NCBI GenBank assembly: GCA_022868165.1
Contig: JALHYA010000001.1
Span: forward strand, 12,937 to 76,936
DNA length: 64,000 nt
Source of the DNA: Patescibacteria group bacterium
GTDB taxonomy: Bacteria > Patescibacteriota > Microgenomatia > UBA8517
Direction: 5' to 3'
Shown here: positions 45,866 to 57,171 of the stretch, piece after piece
How the letters are laid out: every line of letters begins with the position of its first letter
How positions within the stretch are numbered: the stretch's first letter is position 1
Made by a program: the position numbers and the translations under genes
Notes under the pieces: model-generated
Told to the model about the DNA's origin: nothing
Database searches by the model: none
Seen by the model: only the letters and a program-made list of their open reading frames with translations

Positions 45866-46282
45866 TTAGGCGTTTTTGCGATACTTTTCAAGAAGAATCG
45901 ACACCCTCCTGTGGAAGCTTGATTTTCCGCGTCTTGTATGCGGCATAAGACTCCCGGAAAAATTGTGGGGAATATGGTTTAATTCGTGAATCAAAACACT
46001 ATCTTTTTCGTGTTCGGAAAGCCCATCATATCTTTCCGAAATAACTTCTACCACATACGAAGGACCAATCATAAGTGCCTGTTGCCAGATTCTGGATAGA
46101 CCCCAAATTCTGGCTATTGCACGAGTATTTGCGTTTATCGACCTGAAGCAGAAAATATTGTCTTTCTTTAGCCAGTCCAAACCAAGAAGAGATGCAAGCT
46201 TAACTATCTTTTTATGAATGTCGGGCGCGTTCGACCATTCGATTCGTCCTCGCCTTTTACGAAACTTTGTAAACCTCCGCAC
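45866..46282 (-). CDS. Putative metallopeptidase (HExxH)
   Basis: ARIWGL..IWQ.AL...YVVEVISE...LIHELNHIP..FSGSL.PH. Confidence 0.8.
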   Translation of the reverse strand: MRRFTKFRKRRGRIEWSNAPDIHKKIVKLASLLGLDWLKKDNIFCFRSINANTRAIARIWGLSRIWQQALMIGPSYVVEVISERYDGLSEHEKDSVLIHELNHIPHNFSGSLMPHTRRGKSSFHRRVSILLEKYRKNA

Positions 46283-46511
46283 CTTCTTTTACCTCCGAGC
46301 TAACTTTTAATCCTACCACTTCGCCCTTGCCTGCGGAATCTTTCTTTTCGTGCTCCACTTGGATAGATTCTACCGGTTGTTCAAACAAATCTTCCCCGCC
46401 CCTGCTAAACTTAATCTTGTCTCCGACAGCCAGCGCTCCGCTTAGTTCAACAACCGCTACCCCGATTTTGTCGTAATAATGCGTAACCTTGCCGATTTTG
46501 AAATCTGCCAT
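46257..46511 (-). CDS. Small beta-barrel protein (EF-Tu domain 2 / U32 C-terminal-like)
   Basis: IGKVTHYYDKIGVAVVEL...L.VGD...SIQVEH...G..VGLKV. Confidence 0.8.
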   Translation of the reverse strand: MADFKIGKVTHYYDKIGVAVVELSGALAVGDKIKFSRGGEDLFEQPVESIQVEHEKKDSAGKGEVVGLKVSSEVKEGAEVYKVS

Positions 46512-47009
46512 CTATCTCACCCCCTTTACACTGTAAGCATGACATAAAGCGACCGCCAATGCATCTGCCGCATTATCAAAATGAGTTTTTTTGTGCGCCT
46601 TGCTCCTTATGGCATTTCCCAAAATTTTTCTAACCGCCTTCTGCATCATTTTTTTATCCGCGCGTCCGTCTCCACCTACCATCTTCTTAATCGTTCCAGG
46701 AGCATATTCAAAAACATCGACTTTTTGCTTTGCCGCAGAAAAAATCAGAACTCCTTTTGCCTCGCCTACACTCATTGCGGTCTTTGCGTTCGCGGCAAAA
46801 AAAAGTCGTTCGATTGCTACAACATCGGGATTATGTTTTTTGAGAAGAAAAGTCATCTGTTTGTGAATACTTATAAGTCTCTTTCCCGGATTTCCGTTTC
46901 TTTCGGTTTCAATAAGGCCATACTCTACGGCTTCAAATTTTTTTAGGGAAACCTTAAGAAGCCCATACCCTGTTGTGGCCGTTCCGGGATCAATGCCTAA
47001 AATAAGCAT
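46512..47009 (-). CDS. ruvC: Holliday junction resolvase RuvC
   Basis: ILGIDPG...TGYG, AIERLFF, G.G.ADK, ADALAVALCH. Confidence 0.96.
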   Translation of the reverse strand: MLILGIDPGTATTGYGLLKVSLKKFEAVEYGLIETERNGNPGKRLISIHKQMTFLLKKHNPDVVAIERLFFAANAKTAMSVGEAKGVLIFSAAKQKVDVFEYAPGTIKKMVGGDGRADKKMMQKAVRKILGNAIRSKAHKKTHFDNAADALAVALCHAYSVKGVR

Positions 47010-47033
47010 AGGCTGATTATACAACAAGCGCTA

Positions 47034-47249
47034 TCACTTTTTGACCTTTTTCTGGAAAAACGCCAGATAGACTATTTCCAAAAGTCCGACTGTATTAACT
47101 ATCAATAGCGCCACAAACCAATACCTTTGATTATTTCTGGCTGACTTCCAAAGAGCCAAACCCTTCCAGATTAAAGACCAAACCAAGGCAACAATAAGAA
47201 GAAAGCTGGGAAAATTGGCGGCCGGTCCGTAAAGAAGTGTTTTCAACAT
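47034..47249 (-). CDS. DUF5652-like small membrane protein
   Basis: WSLIWKGLALWKSARNNQRYWF..LL.VNT.GLLEI.Y; SD GGAGGTG. Confidence 0.8.
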   Translation of the reverse strand: MLKTLLYGPAANFPSFLLIVALVWSLIWKGLALWKSARNNQRYWFVALLIVNTVGLLEIVYLAFFQKKVKK

Positions 47250-47324
47250 TATTATCACCTCCCTCATGTTTTTATGATACAACAAAAAGAGCAGGCGCTG
47301 CGAGAAAACTAGTGAGGACAATCC

Positions 47325-47550
47325 TCAGCTACAAGCAGCAACCTGCCCCGAGTATTTATGCCGACGGCACAACCTGTGGAGACAACCCGCCTCGCAGAAT
47401 GAGGTAAGTTGTGCAACCCATGCACCGCCGGCAGGAAACCGCCTAGGACGCGCGCTGCCATGAACAGCTGTCACCGAAACACCGAGAGGGGCGGCGTTTC
47501 GGCCAAGTGTCCTAGACGGTCGCCGTTCCGGCAGGATGCCGGAACAGCTA
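47325..47550 (-). ncRNA. Unassigned multi-helix structured RNA (~225 nt) directly 3' of a tRNA-like gene
   Basis: Helices GTTCCGGCA/TGCCGGAAC, ACCGTCTAGGAC/GTCCTAGGCGGT, GCCGAAACGCCG/CGGTGTTTCGGT, CCTGCC/GGCAGG, with several G-U pairs. Confidence 0.7.
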
Positions 47551-47636
47551 TGCTGACGCCAGGATTTGAACCTGGAACCTTCCGGGTGCGCACCGAGCGA
47601 GTTACCCGAACGCTCTTCCAATTGAGCTACGTCAGC
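47551..47636 (-). ncRNA. tRNA-like RNA with canonical acceptor, D and T arms but a 30-nt anticodon arm
   Basis: GCTGACG/CGTCAGC-A; GCTC-AATTGGAA-GAGC; CCAGG-TTCAAAT-CCTGG; arm TTCGGGT-16 nt-ACCCGGA. Confidence 0.85.
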
Positions 47637-47639
47637 GTC

Positions 47640-47695
47640 TTACAAAGTGCAACGAACAGAATTTGAAATATACTTTAGTCTTACTATCATGTCAA
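47640..47695 (-). promoter_or_regulatory. Promoter TTGACA-17-TATATT and boxA-like TGCACTTTGTAA upstream of the tRNA-like RNA
   Basis: -35 at 47690-47695; -10 at 47667-47672; motif at 47640-47651. Confidence 0.7.
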
Positions 47696-47706
47696 TTCTC
47701 AACTTT

Positions 47707-48333
47707 TTAGTAGTTTATGAAATAATTTATCTTTGCTTTTGATTTGAGGTCTTGAATCCAAATCATATATGCATCGCGAAGTTTTTGCTGCTTGAGCTGG
47801 CCAATTATTTGGTCTTTGACGTCGGCAAGTTTTGCATTTTTATCAAACACGTCTTTGTTTTTCGTAAAGTAATCCTGAATTTCTGCGTCTGTCACTGTCA
47901 GTTTGTCTGCCAATAATTTTTCCAACATCATTTGAATCTTAATTTGGTCTCTCCAGTCTGCCATTGTGAGCCCCTGAGAGGTAAGCGCATCCTGCAAATT
48001 GGTACCCTGCTCCTTCAGAAGGCCCTCGACTCGGGTAACTTCGTTATCTACGTCAGCGGTTGGTATAACTATGTTTTTCTTGAAGGCCTCTTGCAAAATA
48101 AGTTGGTTGGAAACCAAACTGTCCAGAGCAGTTTTCCCAGACTGTTTTTCAAGTTCGCTAATCACTTGGACACGAAAAACAGGGCGACCGTTAACCAAAG
48201 CGGCTACAAAGAGGGACCGAAAGATAAATGCCAGGCCCAAAATTCCAAGGACTACAATCAAAATAATCCCCCAGCGGGGGAGTCTCAAAAATTTTAATTC
48301 CGAGACTTTTATTTTTGGAAATTTTAATTTCAT
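47707..48333 (-). CDS. SurA/PrsA N-terminal-domain foldase-like protein
   Basis: TM then AALVNGRP...LILQEA.K..I...VTDAEIQDYF..NK...W...LK.KAKI. Confidence 0.85.
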   Translation of the reverse strand: MKLKFPKIKVSELKFLRLPRWGIILIVVLGILGLAFIFRSLFVAALVNGRPVFRVQVISELEKQSGKTALDSLVSNQLILQEAFKKNIVIPTADVDNEVTRVEGLLKEQGTNLQDALTSQGLTMADWRDQIKIQMMLEKLLADKLTVTDAEIQDYFTKNKDVFDKNAKLADVKDQIIGQLKQQKLRDAYMIWIQDLKSKAKINYFINY

Positions 48334-48348
48334 ACTTCTCCGATGATA

Positions 48349-48930
48349 TCAGTCAACCGTTAACATAGCAATATTAAAGGCTTCCCCATGACCGGGATAA
48401 ATAACTGTGGACGAAGGAAGTTTCTTAATTTTCTTTAGAGATTTTACTAGAGTTTTCTTGTCGGAATAATCAAAATCCGTCCTACCGAATGTCCCATCTG
48501 CAAAGTAGATGTCCCCCACCACTACAAATTTTGAGGATGTGCAATACAGAGAGATGCTGCCTGGAGTATGTCCCGGAGTTTCGATTATTTTTATTTTGCC
48601 TTTGCCAATCACTAGTGAATCTCCGTCAGATATGTCAGTTGCGATTTTGGGAGAAGGACGAAATCTTCTAAAAAGGAATTCATCGCCCTTGTTAATTAAT
48701 ACCGGAACATTATAAGCAAGAGATAGTTCCAACACTGCATCCGTATGGTCCCAATGTCCATGGGTCAAAATTATTTTTATCGGATTAATAGATAAATCGG
48801 CGACAACTACCTCGATATAATCGGCGCTATCCCCAGGGTCTACCAAGATTGCATCCTTTGTCTTTTCGTCCCAAATCAAGTAGCAATTTGTTGCCGATTC
48901 CCCTACTTTAATCGAATGAATTTTTAGCAT
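48349..48930 (-). CDS. MBL-fold hydrolase (glyoxalase II-like)
   Basis: TNCY, THGHWDH, TPGHTPGS, YPGHG. Confidence 0.92.
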   Translation of the reverse strand: MLKIHSIKVGESATNCYLIWDEKTKDAILVDPGDSADYIEVVVADLSINPIKIILTHGHWDHTDAVLELSLAYNVPVLINKGDEFLFRRFRPSPKIATDISDGDSLVIGKGKIKIIETPGHTPGSISLYCTSSKFVVVGDIYFADGTFGRTDFDYSDKKTLVKSLKKIKKLPSSTVIYPGHGEAFNIAMLTVD

Positions 48931-49307
48931 ACGGTGACTACTTTTGAGGATACTGCCTTTCCGTTTTCAACTTCAAGTCCTACAACTTGGATTAAAAGTT
49001 TTTTTGGAAGTTCGGGATGAATAAGAGAATAATACTCGGCGGTTTTGGTTATCTTTCTGATTTTCCAGGGAGTCACGGCTTCAAATGGATTTCCAAATCT
49101 TTTGCTAAAACGTGTCTTAACCTCAATAAAAATAAGACAATTATCTTTCAAAGATACTATATCGATTTCTCCAAACCGGCTCCTGAAATTCCTGTCAATA
49201 ATTTTATATCCCTGTTGTAATAAAAACCTGACAGCGAAGTCCTCACCCGATTTCCCTAGAGGACTATTTCCTTTTCTTGAAGACTTTTCTTTTCTTTGGG
49301 ACGGCAA
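48924..49307 (-). CDS. YraN/UPF0102 family nuclease-like protein
   Basis: GEDFA..FL...[15 protein letters not shown]...FIEVKTR; start uncertain. Confidence 0.9.
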   Translation of the reverse strand: MPSQRKEKSSRKGNSPLGKSGEDFAVRFLLQQGYKIIDRNFRSRFGEIDIVSLKDNCLIFIEVKTRFSKRFGNPFEAVTPWKIRKITKTAEYYSLIHPELPKKLLIQVVGLEVENGKAVSSKVVTVC

Positions 49308-49653
49308 CTTGCCCCTTTCTGGCTGCCCTTGTATAAATTTCCTCTATTTCTTTGGCGCTTTTTCCCCGCGTGTAATAGAGTTTTGCATGTCTGACCCCGC
49401 TCGTTCCTTTTTTTACAACTTCAATTTTTTCCAATGTTGGAGAAGATAACGGAAATATCCGCTCTATTCCTATATTTTGTTCTCCGATTCGGCGGACGGT
49501 TGCGCTCTTGCCTTCGCCGGAGCCGTGTATAGAAATTACCATTCCCTCAAAGACGACCGATCTCTCTTTGCCGCCTTCCTCAATTTTCTGAGTTACGCGA
49601 ACTTTGTCGCCTACTCCAAAAGGAGCTTCTTTATGTACAAATGTTAATGCCAT
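49264..49653 (-). CDS. rplS: 50S ribosomal protein L19
   Basis: GD.VRV..KI.EG.KER...FEG.VI...TVRRI....IGIERIFP...VR.AKLYY.R. Confidence 0.96.
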   Translation of the reverse strand: MALTFVHKEAPFGVGDKVRVTQKIEEGGKERSVVFEGMVISIHGSGEGKSATVRRIGEQNIGIERIFPLSSPTLEKIEVVKKGTSGVRHAKLYYTRGKSAKEIEEIYTRAARKGQVAVPKKRKVFKKRK

Positions 49654-49689
49654 GATAATGGGATATTTTACAATATAAAACTCAAGCTC

Positions 49690-52600
49690 TCAAGACTTGT
49701 TATAAGAGTGGAAAATTTCGGATATTTTGCGGGCCAATTCTTCGTTCCAAGCAATCCTTTGCCCAAGCGTGATTTTACCCTTTTTACCTTCGAAGACTAA
49801 AGTTACACTTTGCCCTCCCGGGTTATCGGTTACCAATTTTTTAAGTGCCGAAAGTTCCGGCGCCCTTGCTGTTTTGGGAACCTTTACATAGACCGTGTGA
49901 TCCCCGAAACTGTCGGTCTCACCCACCAAATCCGTCTGAATAGCCTCCACAAGAAGCGAGGGAGTATCTTCGCGGGAATCAACACGCCCGGCAATAAGAA
50001 GAGGTTTATAATCTACCCAGACATTCCTGGTTGCCTTGAATATTTTGGGGAAAACGACCAGCTCGATTGAACCGGTTCCGTCGTCAACTTTAACAAATGC
50101 CATTTCCGCGCCGCTGGTTTTGGTCACTACTACCCTCACTTCCGTAACTACGGCGGCTATTTTAACTTTCGTTCCGCTCTCCTGCTCGCCTATCTCGAAA
50201 ATTTTATGGGTTGCTTCCGATTCCAAGGGTCCAATAAGCTCTATAATGGGCTTGGCGGATAATGAAAAGCCCAAAAGCTGACGCTCCAAGCTTTGAAGTT
50301 CCTCTTGGGTAAATTCGGGAACAGCCAAATTCTGCTCAAATGTTACTACCTCTTTGGGGTCCTTTTCTTTTTCCTCACCAAAAAGGCCCTGCTGACCTTG
50401 CATAGCTTTGGGCTTTACAACCTTGCTCCTAATCTCCTCCATTGACGCCAATAAAGCAGCCCTTGTTCCATAGGCCGAAAGGCCGCCGACTTTGATTAAA
50501 CTTTCCACGACCTTTTTATTTACCCTTCGGCTGTCAACCCTGGCCAGGAAATCTCCGAAGGAAACAAATTTTCTCTCTTCCCTTGCTTCCAAAATCGCTT
50601 CTATTGCCGCTTCGCCAACATTTTTTATGGCACTTAGCCCAAACCTTATGGCACGCCGTTCAAGGGAATCTTTGTCGGGAACAATGGTAAAACCTATATT
50701 GCTCTCGTTGATATCGGGCGGAAGAACCTTAATCTTCATTCTCCGGCATTCGTTAACCGCCGCCGATATCTTTTCTGTGTCGTTTGACTCCGCAGTAAGA
50801 AGCGCATTCATAAACTCCACAGGATAATTGGCTTTCATATATGCAGTCTGATAAGCAACCATCCCGTAGGATGTGGCGTGGGCCTTATTAAATCCATAAC
50901 CCGAAAACGGCTCAATTAGCTTAAAAAGCTCTTCGGCTTTGGGTCTTTCCATACCGTTTGCAACTGCTCCGTCTATAAATTTCTGTTTTTGCTTTTCCAT
51001 CTCGGAAGGAATTTTCTTTCCAACCGCTTTTCTGAATTTATCCGCCTCTTCCCAGGAATATCCGGCAATCTTTATGGCGGTCATTAAAACATCATCCTGA
51101 TAAACAATCAAGCCGTAGGTCTTATTAAGATATTCCTTCATTCTCGGGTCGAAGTAATTGACTTCCGAAGGATGATTTTTTCTTTCGATGTATAAGGGAA
51201 TTTGAGACATCGGCCCGGGACGATATAAGGCAACCATGGCCATTAAATCCTCGATACGGGTAGGCTTAAGTTCTTTCAAATATCTCGTCATTCCGTTTCC
51301 GGAAAGCTGAAAAACCCCCATCGTGTCTACTTTGGAAAGCATTTCAAAAGTCTTCCCGTCGCCCAATGGAAGATCTTGAATATTGATATCGATTCCTCTG
51401 GCTTCTTTAACGATTTGTATGGCAGCTCCGAGAATCGAAAGATTTCTTAGCCCCAGCAAATCAAATTTAAGAAGCCCCACGGCTTCTCCGGGTGAAACGT
51501 TCGGGTCCAGTGCATCCATATCGTATTGGGTAATTATCTTTTTGCCTTCGGGGTCAAATTGAATGGGCGTAAAGTCGGTAATTTCGGATGGGGCGATAAC
51601 AAGACCCGCTGCGTGAACGGAAATATGTCGTGCATTACCTTCAACCTCTTTTGATAAATCGATAATTTTTTTGGCGTCAGCATCGGAATCGTATAAAAGC
51701 TTTAAGTCATTCGACACGGCCAAAGCTTTTTCGATAGTCATAGGAAAGCCTTGCGAACCGATAGGAATAAGTTTTGAGATTCTGTCTCCTGTCGCGTATG
51801 GATAGCCCAGAACCCTGGCAATATCCCTGACCGAGCCCCTGGCCAGCATTCTTCCGAAAGTACAGATTTGTGCAACCTTCTCGTGCCCGTATTTTTCTCC
51901 CATGTAGTTGATAATTTCTTCCCTTCTATCGTCCGCTATGTCAAAGTCGATATCGGGGGGCGAAGGTCGCCAAGGAGTTAAAAAACGCTCAAAAGGAAGC
52001 CCGTACTTCAGAGGATTAACGTTCACTATTCCCAAACAATACGAAACAAGAGAGCCCGCAGCACTTCCTCTGGTATTGGTGACTATGCCCTGTTCGGTAG
52101 CCCATCTGGCCATGTCGGAAACTATCAAAAAGTATGTGGCATAACCTTTTTTCTTAATAATTTCAAGTTCATAATCAAGTCTTTGCGTAAGTTCCTTCGT
52201 AACATTGTCGAATCTTTCCTTAATGCCCGCCTTTGCCCTTTCCACCATTTCCTGGTCTGCGGTTTTGCCTTTCTCGAGAGGATAAATGGGGAAAAACCAT
52301 TTATCCAAGGTCAAGTTGACATCGCATTTTTCCGAAATTTTGACCGTATTTTCTATTGCGTCGGGCAAATCACGGAAAAGTTCAGACATCTCCTGCGGGG
52401 AGTTTATGTAATAGGAAGGTGCGTCGATAAATCTTAAGCGTTTCACTTCTGAAACATTCTTGCCGGTTGCAATACAAACAAGGGCGTCTTGGGCCGTGGC
52501 ATCCTCTTTTCTTATATAGTGGGCGTCGTTGGTTGCAACAATCGGAATTCCCAACTCCCTTGAAATTTTGACTACCCCTTTAATAATTTTCTCCTCATTG

Positions 52601-53202
52601 TCTGACATTTCGACAAGCTCCTGTTTAATTTCCTGGTTTGAGGCTGTCGAAATATAGTCCTTGTATTTATGCCTTTGGACCTCGAGATAATAATCCTTGC
52701 CGAATACATCAGAAAACCACATGGCTACTTCTTTGGCTTTGTCATAATCGTTTACGATAAGGGCTTGGGCCAGTTCTCCTTGGGGGCATGCGGATGTGCA
52801 GAGAAGTCCTTTAGAGTACTTCCGCAAAGTTTCCCTGTCCACCCTGGGGCGATAGTAATAACCTTCTATATGTGCGATTGATGTAAGCTTCATCAAATTT
52901 TTGTATCCCTCTTTGTCTTTAGCAAGAAGTAGGAGGTGGAAATTCTGGAACTTCCCGCGCTCGGGGCGCTCTTTGTGATTTATATTTGTGGTATATCCTT
53001 CCATTCCCAGAATAGGTTTTACTCCCTCCCTTAAGGCTTTTTTGTAAAACTCGATAATTCCATACATTACTCCATGGTCGGTTGCCGCAATCGTCTCCAT
53101 TCCCAACTCTTTTACGTGTCCCATCAGGGTGCTTATTTTGGAAAGACCGTCCAAAAGCGAATATTCTGTATGAACATGAAGATGCACAAACTTTTGTTTC
53201 AT
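49690..53202 (-). CDS. dnaE: DNA polymerase III alpha subunit
   Basis: [38 protein letters not shown]. Confidence 0.98.
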   Translation of the reverse strand: MKQKFVHLHVHTEYSLLDGLSKISTLMGHVKELGMETIAATDHGVMYGIIEFYKKALREGVKPILGMEGYTTNINHKERPERGKFQNFHLLLLAKDKEGYKNLMKLTSIAHIEGYYYRPRVDRETLRKYSKGLLCTSACPQGELAQALIVNDYDKAKEVAMWFSDVFGKDYYLEVQRHKYKDYISTASNQEIKQELVEMSDNEEKIIKGVVKISRELGIPIVATNDAHYIRKEDATAQDALVCIATGKNVSEVKRLRFIDAPSYYINSPQEMSELFRDLPDAIENTVKISEKCDVNLTLDKWFFPIYPLEKGKTADQEMVERAKAGIKERFDNVTKELTQRLDYELEIIKKKGYATYFLIVSDMARWATEQGIVTNTRGSAAGSLVSYCLGIVNVNPLKYGLPFERFLTPWRPSPPDIDFDIADDRREEIINYMGEKYGHEKVAQICTFGRMLARGSVRDIARVLGYPYATGDRISKLIPIGSQGFPMTIEKALAVSNDLKLLYDSDADAKKIIDLSKEVEGNARHISVHAAGLVIAPSEITDFTPIQFDPEGKKIITQYDMDALDPNVSPGEAVGLLKFDLLGLRNLSILGAAIQIVKEARGIDINIQDLPLGDGKTFEMLSKVDTMGVFQLSGNGMTRYLKELKPTRIEDLMAMVALYRPGPMSQIPLYIERKNHPSEVNYFDPRMKEYLNKTYGLIVYQDDVLMTAIKIAGYSWEEADKFRKAVGKKIPSEMEKQKQKFIDGAVANGMERPKAEELFKLIEPFSGYGFNKAHATSYGMVAYQTAYMKANYPVEFMNALLTAESNDTEKISAAVNECRRMKIKVLPPDINESNIGFTIVPDKDSLERRAIRFGLSAIKNVGEAAIEAILEAREERKFVSFGDFLARVDSRRVNKKVVESLIKVGGLSAYGTRAALLASMEEIRSKVVKPKAMQGQQGLFGEEKEKDPKEVVTFEQNLAVPEFTQEELQSLERQLLGFSLSAKPIIELIGPLESEATHKIFEIGEQESGTKVKIAAVVTEVRVVVTKTSGAEMAFVKVDDGTGSIELVVFPKIFKATRNVWVDYKPLLIAGRVDSREDTPSLLVEAIQTDLVGETDSFGDHTVYVKVPKTARAPELSALKKLVTDNPGGQSVTLVFEGKKGKITLGQRIAWNEELARKISEIFHSYNKS

Positions 53203-54500
53203 CTAAGTTCTTCCTCAAGAATTTGGCTGATAGCTCTAGGGTTTCCTTTACCTTTCAATTTTTTCTGTACCATACCAATAAGATATCCTATCACTTGTCC
53301 CTTGCCTTTTCTGTAATCTTCAACCGCGCTCTTCTCTTGGCTTACTACGGCTTTTGCGGCATCTTTCACCTGACTTACGCCGGCAAATTCTTTGGTCGTC
53401 AACTCCACAACCTTTGCAACCAGCCCGGCCGGTTCGGGGAAATCCCTGTCGAACTTTTTATTCACTATTAAATCGGCAATCGCCGAAGCAGATATCCTGT
53501 ACCGGCTTCCCAGCTCTACAGCTTTATCAAAATAATCGGCCGTTTGCCCCGACGATGCCAAGATAAAAGCGAATTCCGGTTTTATGCCGAAATCTTTAAT
53601 GAATCTTTCTCTTTTTTGGGCCGGAAGTTCGGGAGTATCAAGTTTAATCTTTTCGATTTCGTCCTTGGTAAAGCTCATCGGGGGGATATCCGGTTCCGGA
53701 AAATATCGATAATCTTTTGCTTCTTCCTTGCTCCGCTGCGATACGGTAGAGCCGATTTTTTCGCTATAACCCCTCGTTTCCTGTTCTATCTTTTTTCCTT
53801 TGGACAAAAGCTGTTTCTGCCTCTCGATTTCGGAATTTATTGCTTTCGATAAAAATCTGAACGAGTTGATGTTTTTGAGTTCCACTTTGTAGTCCGGCAA
53901 TTCCTTGGATGTCGAAACCGAGATATTTGCCTCTAGGCGCATTGAGCCCTTTTCCATATCGGCACTCGAGATTTCCAGATATCTAACGACAGTCTGAACT
54001 TCTTTCAAAAACTCGATAACCGTTTCCGCGTCCTTAAAATCCGGCTCCGTTACCAGCTCAACCAGAGGAACACCACTTCGATTGAAATCCACCAAGGAGA
54101 CGTCTTGCCCGTCAACTACTTCATGTATCATCTTGGCAGTATCTTCCTCAAGATGAATTCTTCTAACACGGACGCTGTTCCACTTACCCTTGGTGCATAA
54201 AGGCAAATCGTACTGGCTAATCTGATAGGCCTTTGGCAAGTCGGGATAAAAATAATGTTTTCTGTCGAACTTTGAAAATTCGGAAATCGTGCAGCCAAAA
54301 GCCAATCCCAGTTTAACCGTATCCAAAATCGCTTCTCTGTTTGCGTACGGCAATGCGCCGGGAAGACCCAGACAAACCGGACAAACTTGAGTGTTTGGCT
54401 TCTTTGCAAAATGGTCCGAAGCACATCTGCAAAACATTTTGGACTTCGTGTTGAGCTCGATATGAACTTCCAAACCAATTATGGGGTTTAAGTTTTTCAT
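53199..54500 (-). CDS. gatB: Asp/Glu-tRNA amidotransferase subunit B
   Basis: [33 protein letters not shown]. Confidence 0.97.
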   Translation of the reverse strand: MKNLNPIIGLEVHIELNTKSKMFCRCASDHFAKKPNTQVCPVCLGLPGALPYANREAILDTVKLGLAFGCTISEFSKFDRKHYFYPDLPKAYQISQYDLPLCTKGKWNSVRVRRIHLEEDTAKMIHEVVDGQDVSLVDFNRSGVPLVELVTEPDFKDAETVIEFLKEVQTVVRYLEISSADMEKGSMRLEANISVSTSKELPDYKVELKNINSFRFLSKAINSEIERQKQLLSKGKKIEQETRGYSEKIGSTVSQRSKEEAKDYRYFPEPDIPPMSFTKDEIEKIKLDTPELPAQKRERFIKDFGIKPEFAFILASSGQTADYFDKAVELGSRYRISASAIADLIVNKKFDRDFPEPAGLVAKVVELTTKEFAGVSQVKDAAKAVVSQEKSAVEDYRKGKGQVIGYLIGMVQKKLKGKGNPRAISQILEEELR

Positions 54501-55765
54501 TCTTCTTTTAATCTGAATTCAAAACCGTTGCTGATAAATTTTTCTCCAAACTTGGTCGAAAAAAATAGAGCCGTAGCCGCAACTCCGGCCAATATTAACA
54601 TCACAAGTTTCACTCCGAATATTTCCGTGATTGTTCCGGAGAAAATAACAGGAACAATTGTTGCAACTGTCACAATAAACCAAAAGTTGCCGAAAACTCG
54701 ACCGCGCAATCCTCCGGGAGTCGTTTCCTGCAAATACGTTTGAGAAGGAATTACTACTCCGACAAACGAAAGCGCCGCAAATAAAATCAGCACGGGCCCC
54801 AGTATCAATCTAATATTTGTAGGAACTTCCGGCACGACAAAAATGAGGAGAAGAATTGAAGCAACGATAGTGCCAAGGAATGTTTCAATTGCTCTTTTCT
54901 TTCTCCAACCTTTTTTCAGTAGCCTTGAAACCAGAAATGCGCCGGTTATGGCTCCAATTGCCGCGGGAACTACTATCAATATTCCCCCCGCATTAATATT
55001 TATTTTGAAAATGTCTCTTGCCAAAACAGGAACGTTGACCACTACGATAGTGGAGGAAATTTGAACACCTACCAACATAAGAAAAGGCAACAAAACGTTC
55101 TTATGTTCTTTAAGGAAATGATATCCGCCAAAAAGCTTTTCAAAGAATTTTTCGGATGCCTGCTCAAAGCCGGAGGGTAAAACTTCTTTGGCTTTTAGTT
55201 CGGGTAGAAAAGTGACGCTGACAAAGGCCAAAAACAAAAAGAGAGCGCCCAAAAAAAGCGTATTATCAAAACCCACAAGCTGATTCAAAAAGCCAGCAGT
55301 TCCAAACCCGATAACGAGTGAGCTTTGTTGGGTTAAAAGAAATAAAGCATTGGCATGTGGGAGCTGGTCTTTTTTTACCAAAGAGGGCAACGACGCGGAT
55401 TCCGCCGGAACGTAAAACTGATCCAAAAGAGAATAGGTAAATGCGACTCCATAAAGCAGAAAAAGAGTAGTATGGTGAAGAAACGCATAAAGAAAGATTG
55501 TCAGCGCTTGCAAAAAGTTTGTTACGATTAGCATCCTTCGCCTAGAAGTCAAATCTACCGTGGCCGACGCAAACGGCCCAATTAAAATTGCGGGAATAGA
55601 ATACGCTACCCAGAGAAGCGAGGTTGCAATTGACGAACCCGTCAAAGTAAAAAGCCTGATCAGAAGTGTAAAGTTCATTATGCTTATGGTTACCTGCGAC
55701 AGAACCTGAGAAGTCCATAGCTTCAAAAAATTTTTATTTGACACCAATAATTTGTAATCGTTCAT
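54497..55765 (-). CDS. MFS transporter
   Basis: About 12 TM segments; [11 protein letters not shown]; LRGRVFG. Confidence 0.9.
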   Translation of the reverse strand: MNDYKLLVSNKNFLKLWTSQVLSQVTISIMNFTLLIRLFTLTGSSIATSLLWVAYSIPAILIGPFASATVDLTSRRRMLIVTNFLQALTIFLYAFLHHTTLFLLYGVAFTYSLLDQFYVPAESASLPSLVKKDQLPHANALFLLTQQSSLVIGFGTAGFLNQLVGFDNTLFLGALFLFLAFVSVTFLPELKAKEVLPSGFEQASEKFFEKLFGGYHFLKEHKNVLLPFLMLVGVQISSTIVVVNVPVLARDIFKININAGGILIVVPAAIGAITGAFLVSRLLKKGWRKKRAIETFLGTIVASILLLIFVVPEVPTNIRLILGPVLILFAALSFVGVVIPSQTYLQETTPGGLRGRVFGNFWFIVTVATIVPVIFSGTITEIFGVKLVMLILAGVAATALFFSTKFGEKFISNGFEFRLKEE

Positions 55766-57171
55766 AATTTTGCGACTTTTGGTTTATATTCCGTCTCCTT
55801 TTCAAATTCTTTTCCTAAGGCAAACAAAACCTCTTCCGAGAATCTTGGACCCATCAACTGGAAGCCCAACGGCAACCCCTTTGAGTTAAATCCGAATGGC
55901 ATTGCAAGCCCCGGCAGTCCGGCAACATTCGCGGAAACTGTAAGTATGTCAGCCAGATACATCTGTAAAGGATTTCCGGCCTTTTCCCCCAATTTAAACG
56001 GGGGAGTCGGTGAAACGGGGGCCAAAATTGCATCTACATTTTCAAAAGCTATTAAGAAATCCTGAATAATTTTCGACCTGACTTTCATTGCCTTGAGATA
56101 GTACGCATCATAATACCCTGCCGAAAGAACATAGGTTCCAAGCATTATTCTTCTTTTTGCTTCCGCACCAAAGCTGGCTCTCGGATTCCCAAACCGTGTC
56201 CCGTCGTATCTGCCCAAATTGGAAGATACTTCTGCCGGCTGAACGATGTAGTAAACGGAAATTGCGTATTTCGTATGTGGCAAAGAGATATCGACAAGTT
56301 CAACTCCCATTTTTTTGAAAACTTTGGCTGCATCCAAAACTGCCTTTTCCGCCTCCCTGTCCAATCCCTCGCCGAAATATTCCTTTGGAATACCCAGTTT
56401 TAAATGGGGTTTGATTTCGGCTGCATCGTCAGGAAAATCCTTGGCGGTCGAGTCGTAGTCGTCGGCACCTTTTGTAACTTGAAAAACTTTTTCCGAGTCT
56501 CCGACAGTTCTGGTAAAATGCCCTATCGAGTCAAGCGAAGAAGCCATTGCCACAATTCCATAGCGCGAAACCGCTCCATAAGTAGGTTTTAGTCCCACAA
56601 TCGAGCAGAAATTTGCCGGCTGCCTAATGGAGCCGCCGGTATCAGTGCCCGTAGAAATTAACGAAAAATTAGCGGCCAGTGCCGCTGCGGATCCGCTCGA
56701 GGAACCTCCCGGCACATATTCCAAATTCCAAGGATTCTTTGTGGGCCCGAAATCGGAATTTTCTCCGGAGGCTCCGTGTGCCCAGGCATCACAATTGGTT
56801 TTTCCGATGGATATCGTTCCCGCATCCTGCAATTTTCTTACAACCGTCGCGGAATAAGCGGGGACATAGCTTTCCAAAACTTTGGAAGATGCAGTCGTTC
56901 GTATCCCCTTGGTAAGAAACAAGTCTTTAAAGGCTACTACTACTCCCAAAAGCGGATGGACCTTAACGGCATCTTTACCCAACCCTGCGACGGCTTTGTC
57001 GGTGCTTTTGGCCTGTTCGTAGGCTACTTCATCGGAAACCGTAAGAAAGCTATTCAACTTGCCGTCCTTGGCTTTAATTTGCTTAAGATATGAGTCCACC
57101 AGTTCGACCGCGCTGAACTTCTTTCCGATTAATCCTTTATGGGTTTCCTCAATCGTTAACGGGGTTTCCAT
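55762..57171 (-). CDS. gatA: Asp/Glu-tRNA amidotransferase subunit A
   Basis: PGGSSSGSAA, GTDTGGSIRQPA, KRRIMLGTYVLSAGYYDAYY. Confidence 0.97.
   Translation of the reverse strand: METPLTIEETHKGLIGKKFSAVELVDSYLKQIKAKDGKLNSFLTVSDEVAYEQAKSTDKAVAGLGKDAVKVHPLLGVVVAFKDLFLTKGIRTTASSKVLESYVPAYSATVVRKLQDAGTISIGKTNCDAWAHGASGENSDFGPTKNPWNLEYVPGGSSSGSAAALAANFSLISTGTDTGGSIRQPANFCSIVGLKPTYGAVSRYGIVAMASSLDSIGHFTRTVGDSEKVFQVTKGADDYDSTAKDFPDDAAEIKPHLKLGIPKEYFGEGLDREAEKAVLDAAKVFKKMGVELVDISLPHTKYAISVYYIVQPAEVSSNLGRYDGTRFGNPRASFGAEAKRRIMLGTYVLSAGYYDAYYLKAMKVRSKIIQDFLIAFENVDAILAPVSPTPPFKLGEKAGNPLQMYLADILTVSANVAGLPGLAMPFGFNSKGLPLGFQLMGPRFSEEVLFALGKEFEKETEYKPKVAKL

Noticed and set aside
47325-47636. Identification as tmRNA, SRP RNA, RNase P RNA, 6S RNA or an intron-containing tRNA
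   Set aside because: No G3:U70, no SRP GGAA/AGCAG domain, no GAGGAAAGTCC, and it is multibranched rather than a 6S rod; removing 13 nt at the usual intron site does not give a convincing anticodon loop
47325-47666. ORFs 47325-47621 (-) and 47409-47666 (+)
   Set aside because: They run through the tRNA-like cloverleaf and the helical RNA and show no protein-like features
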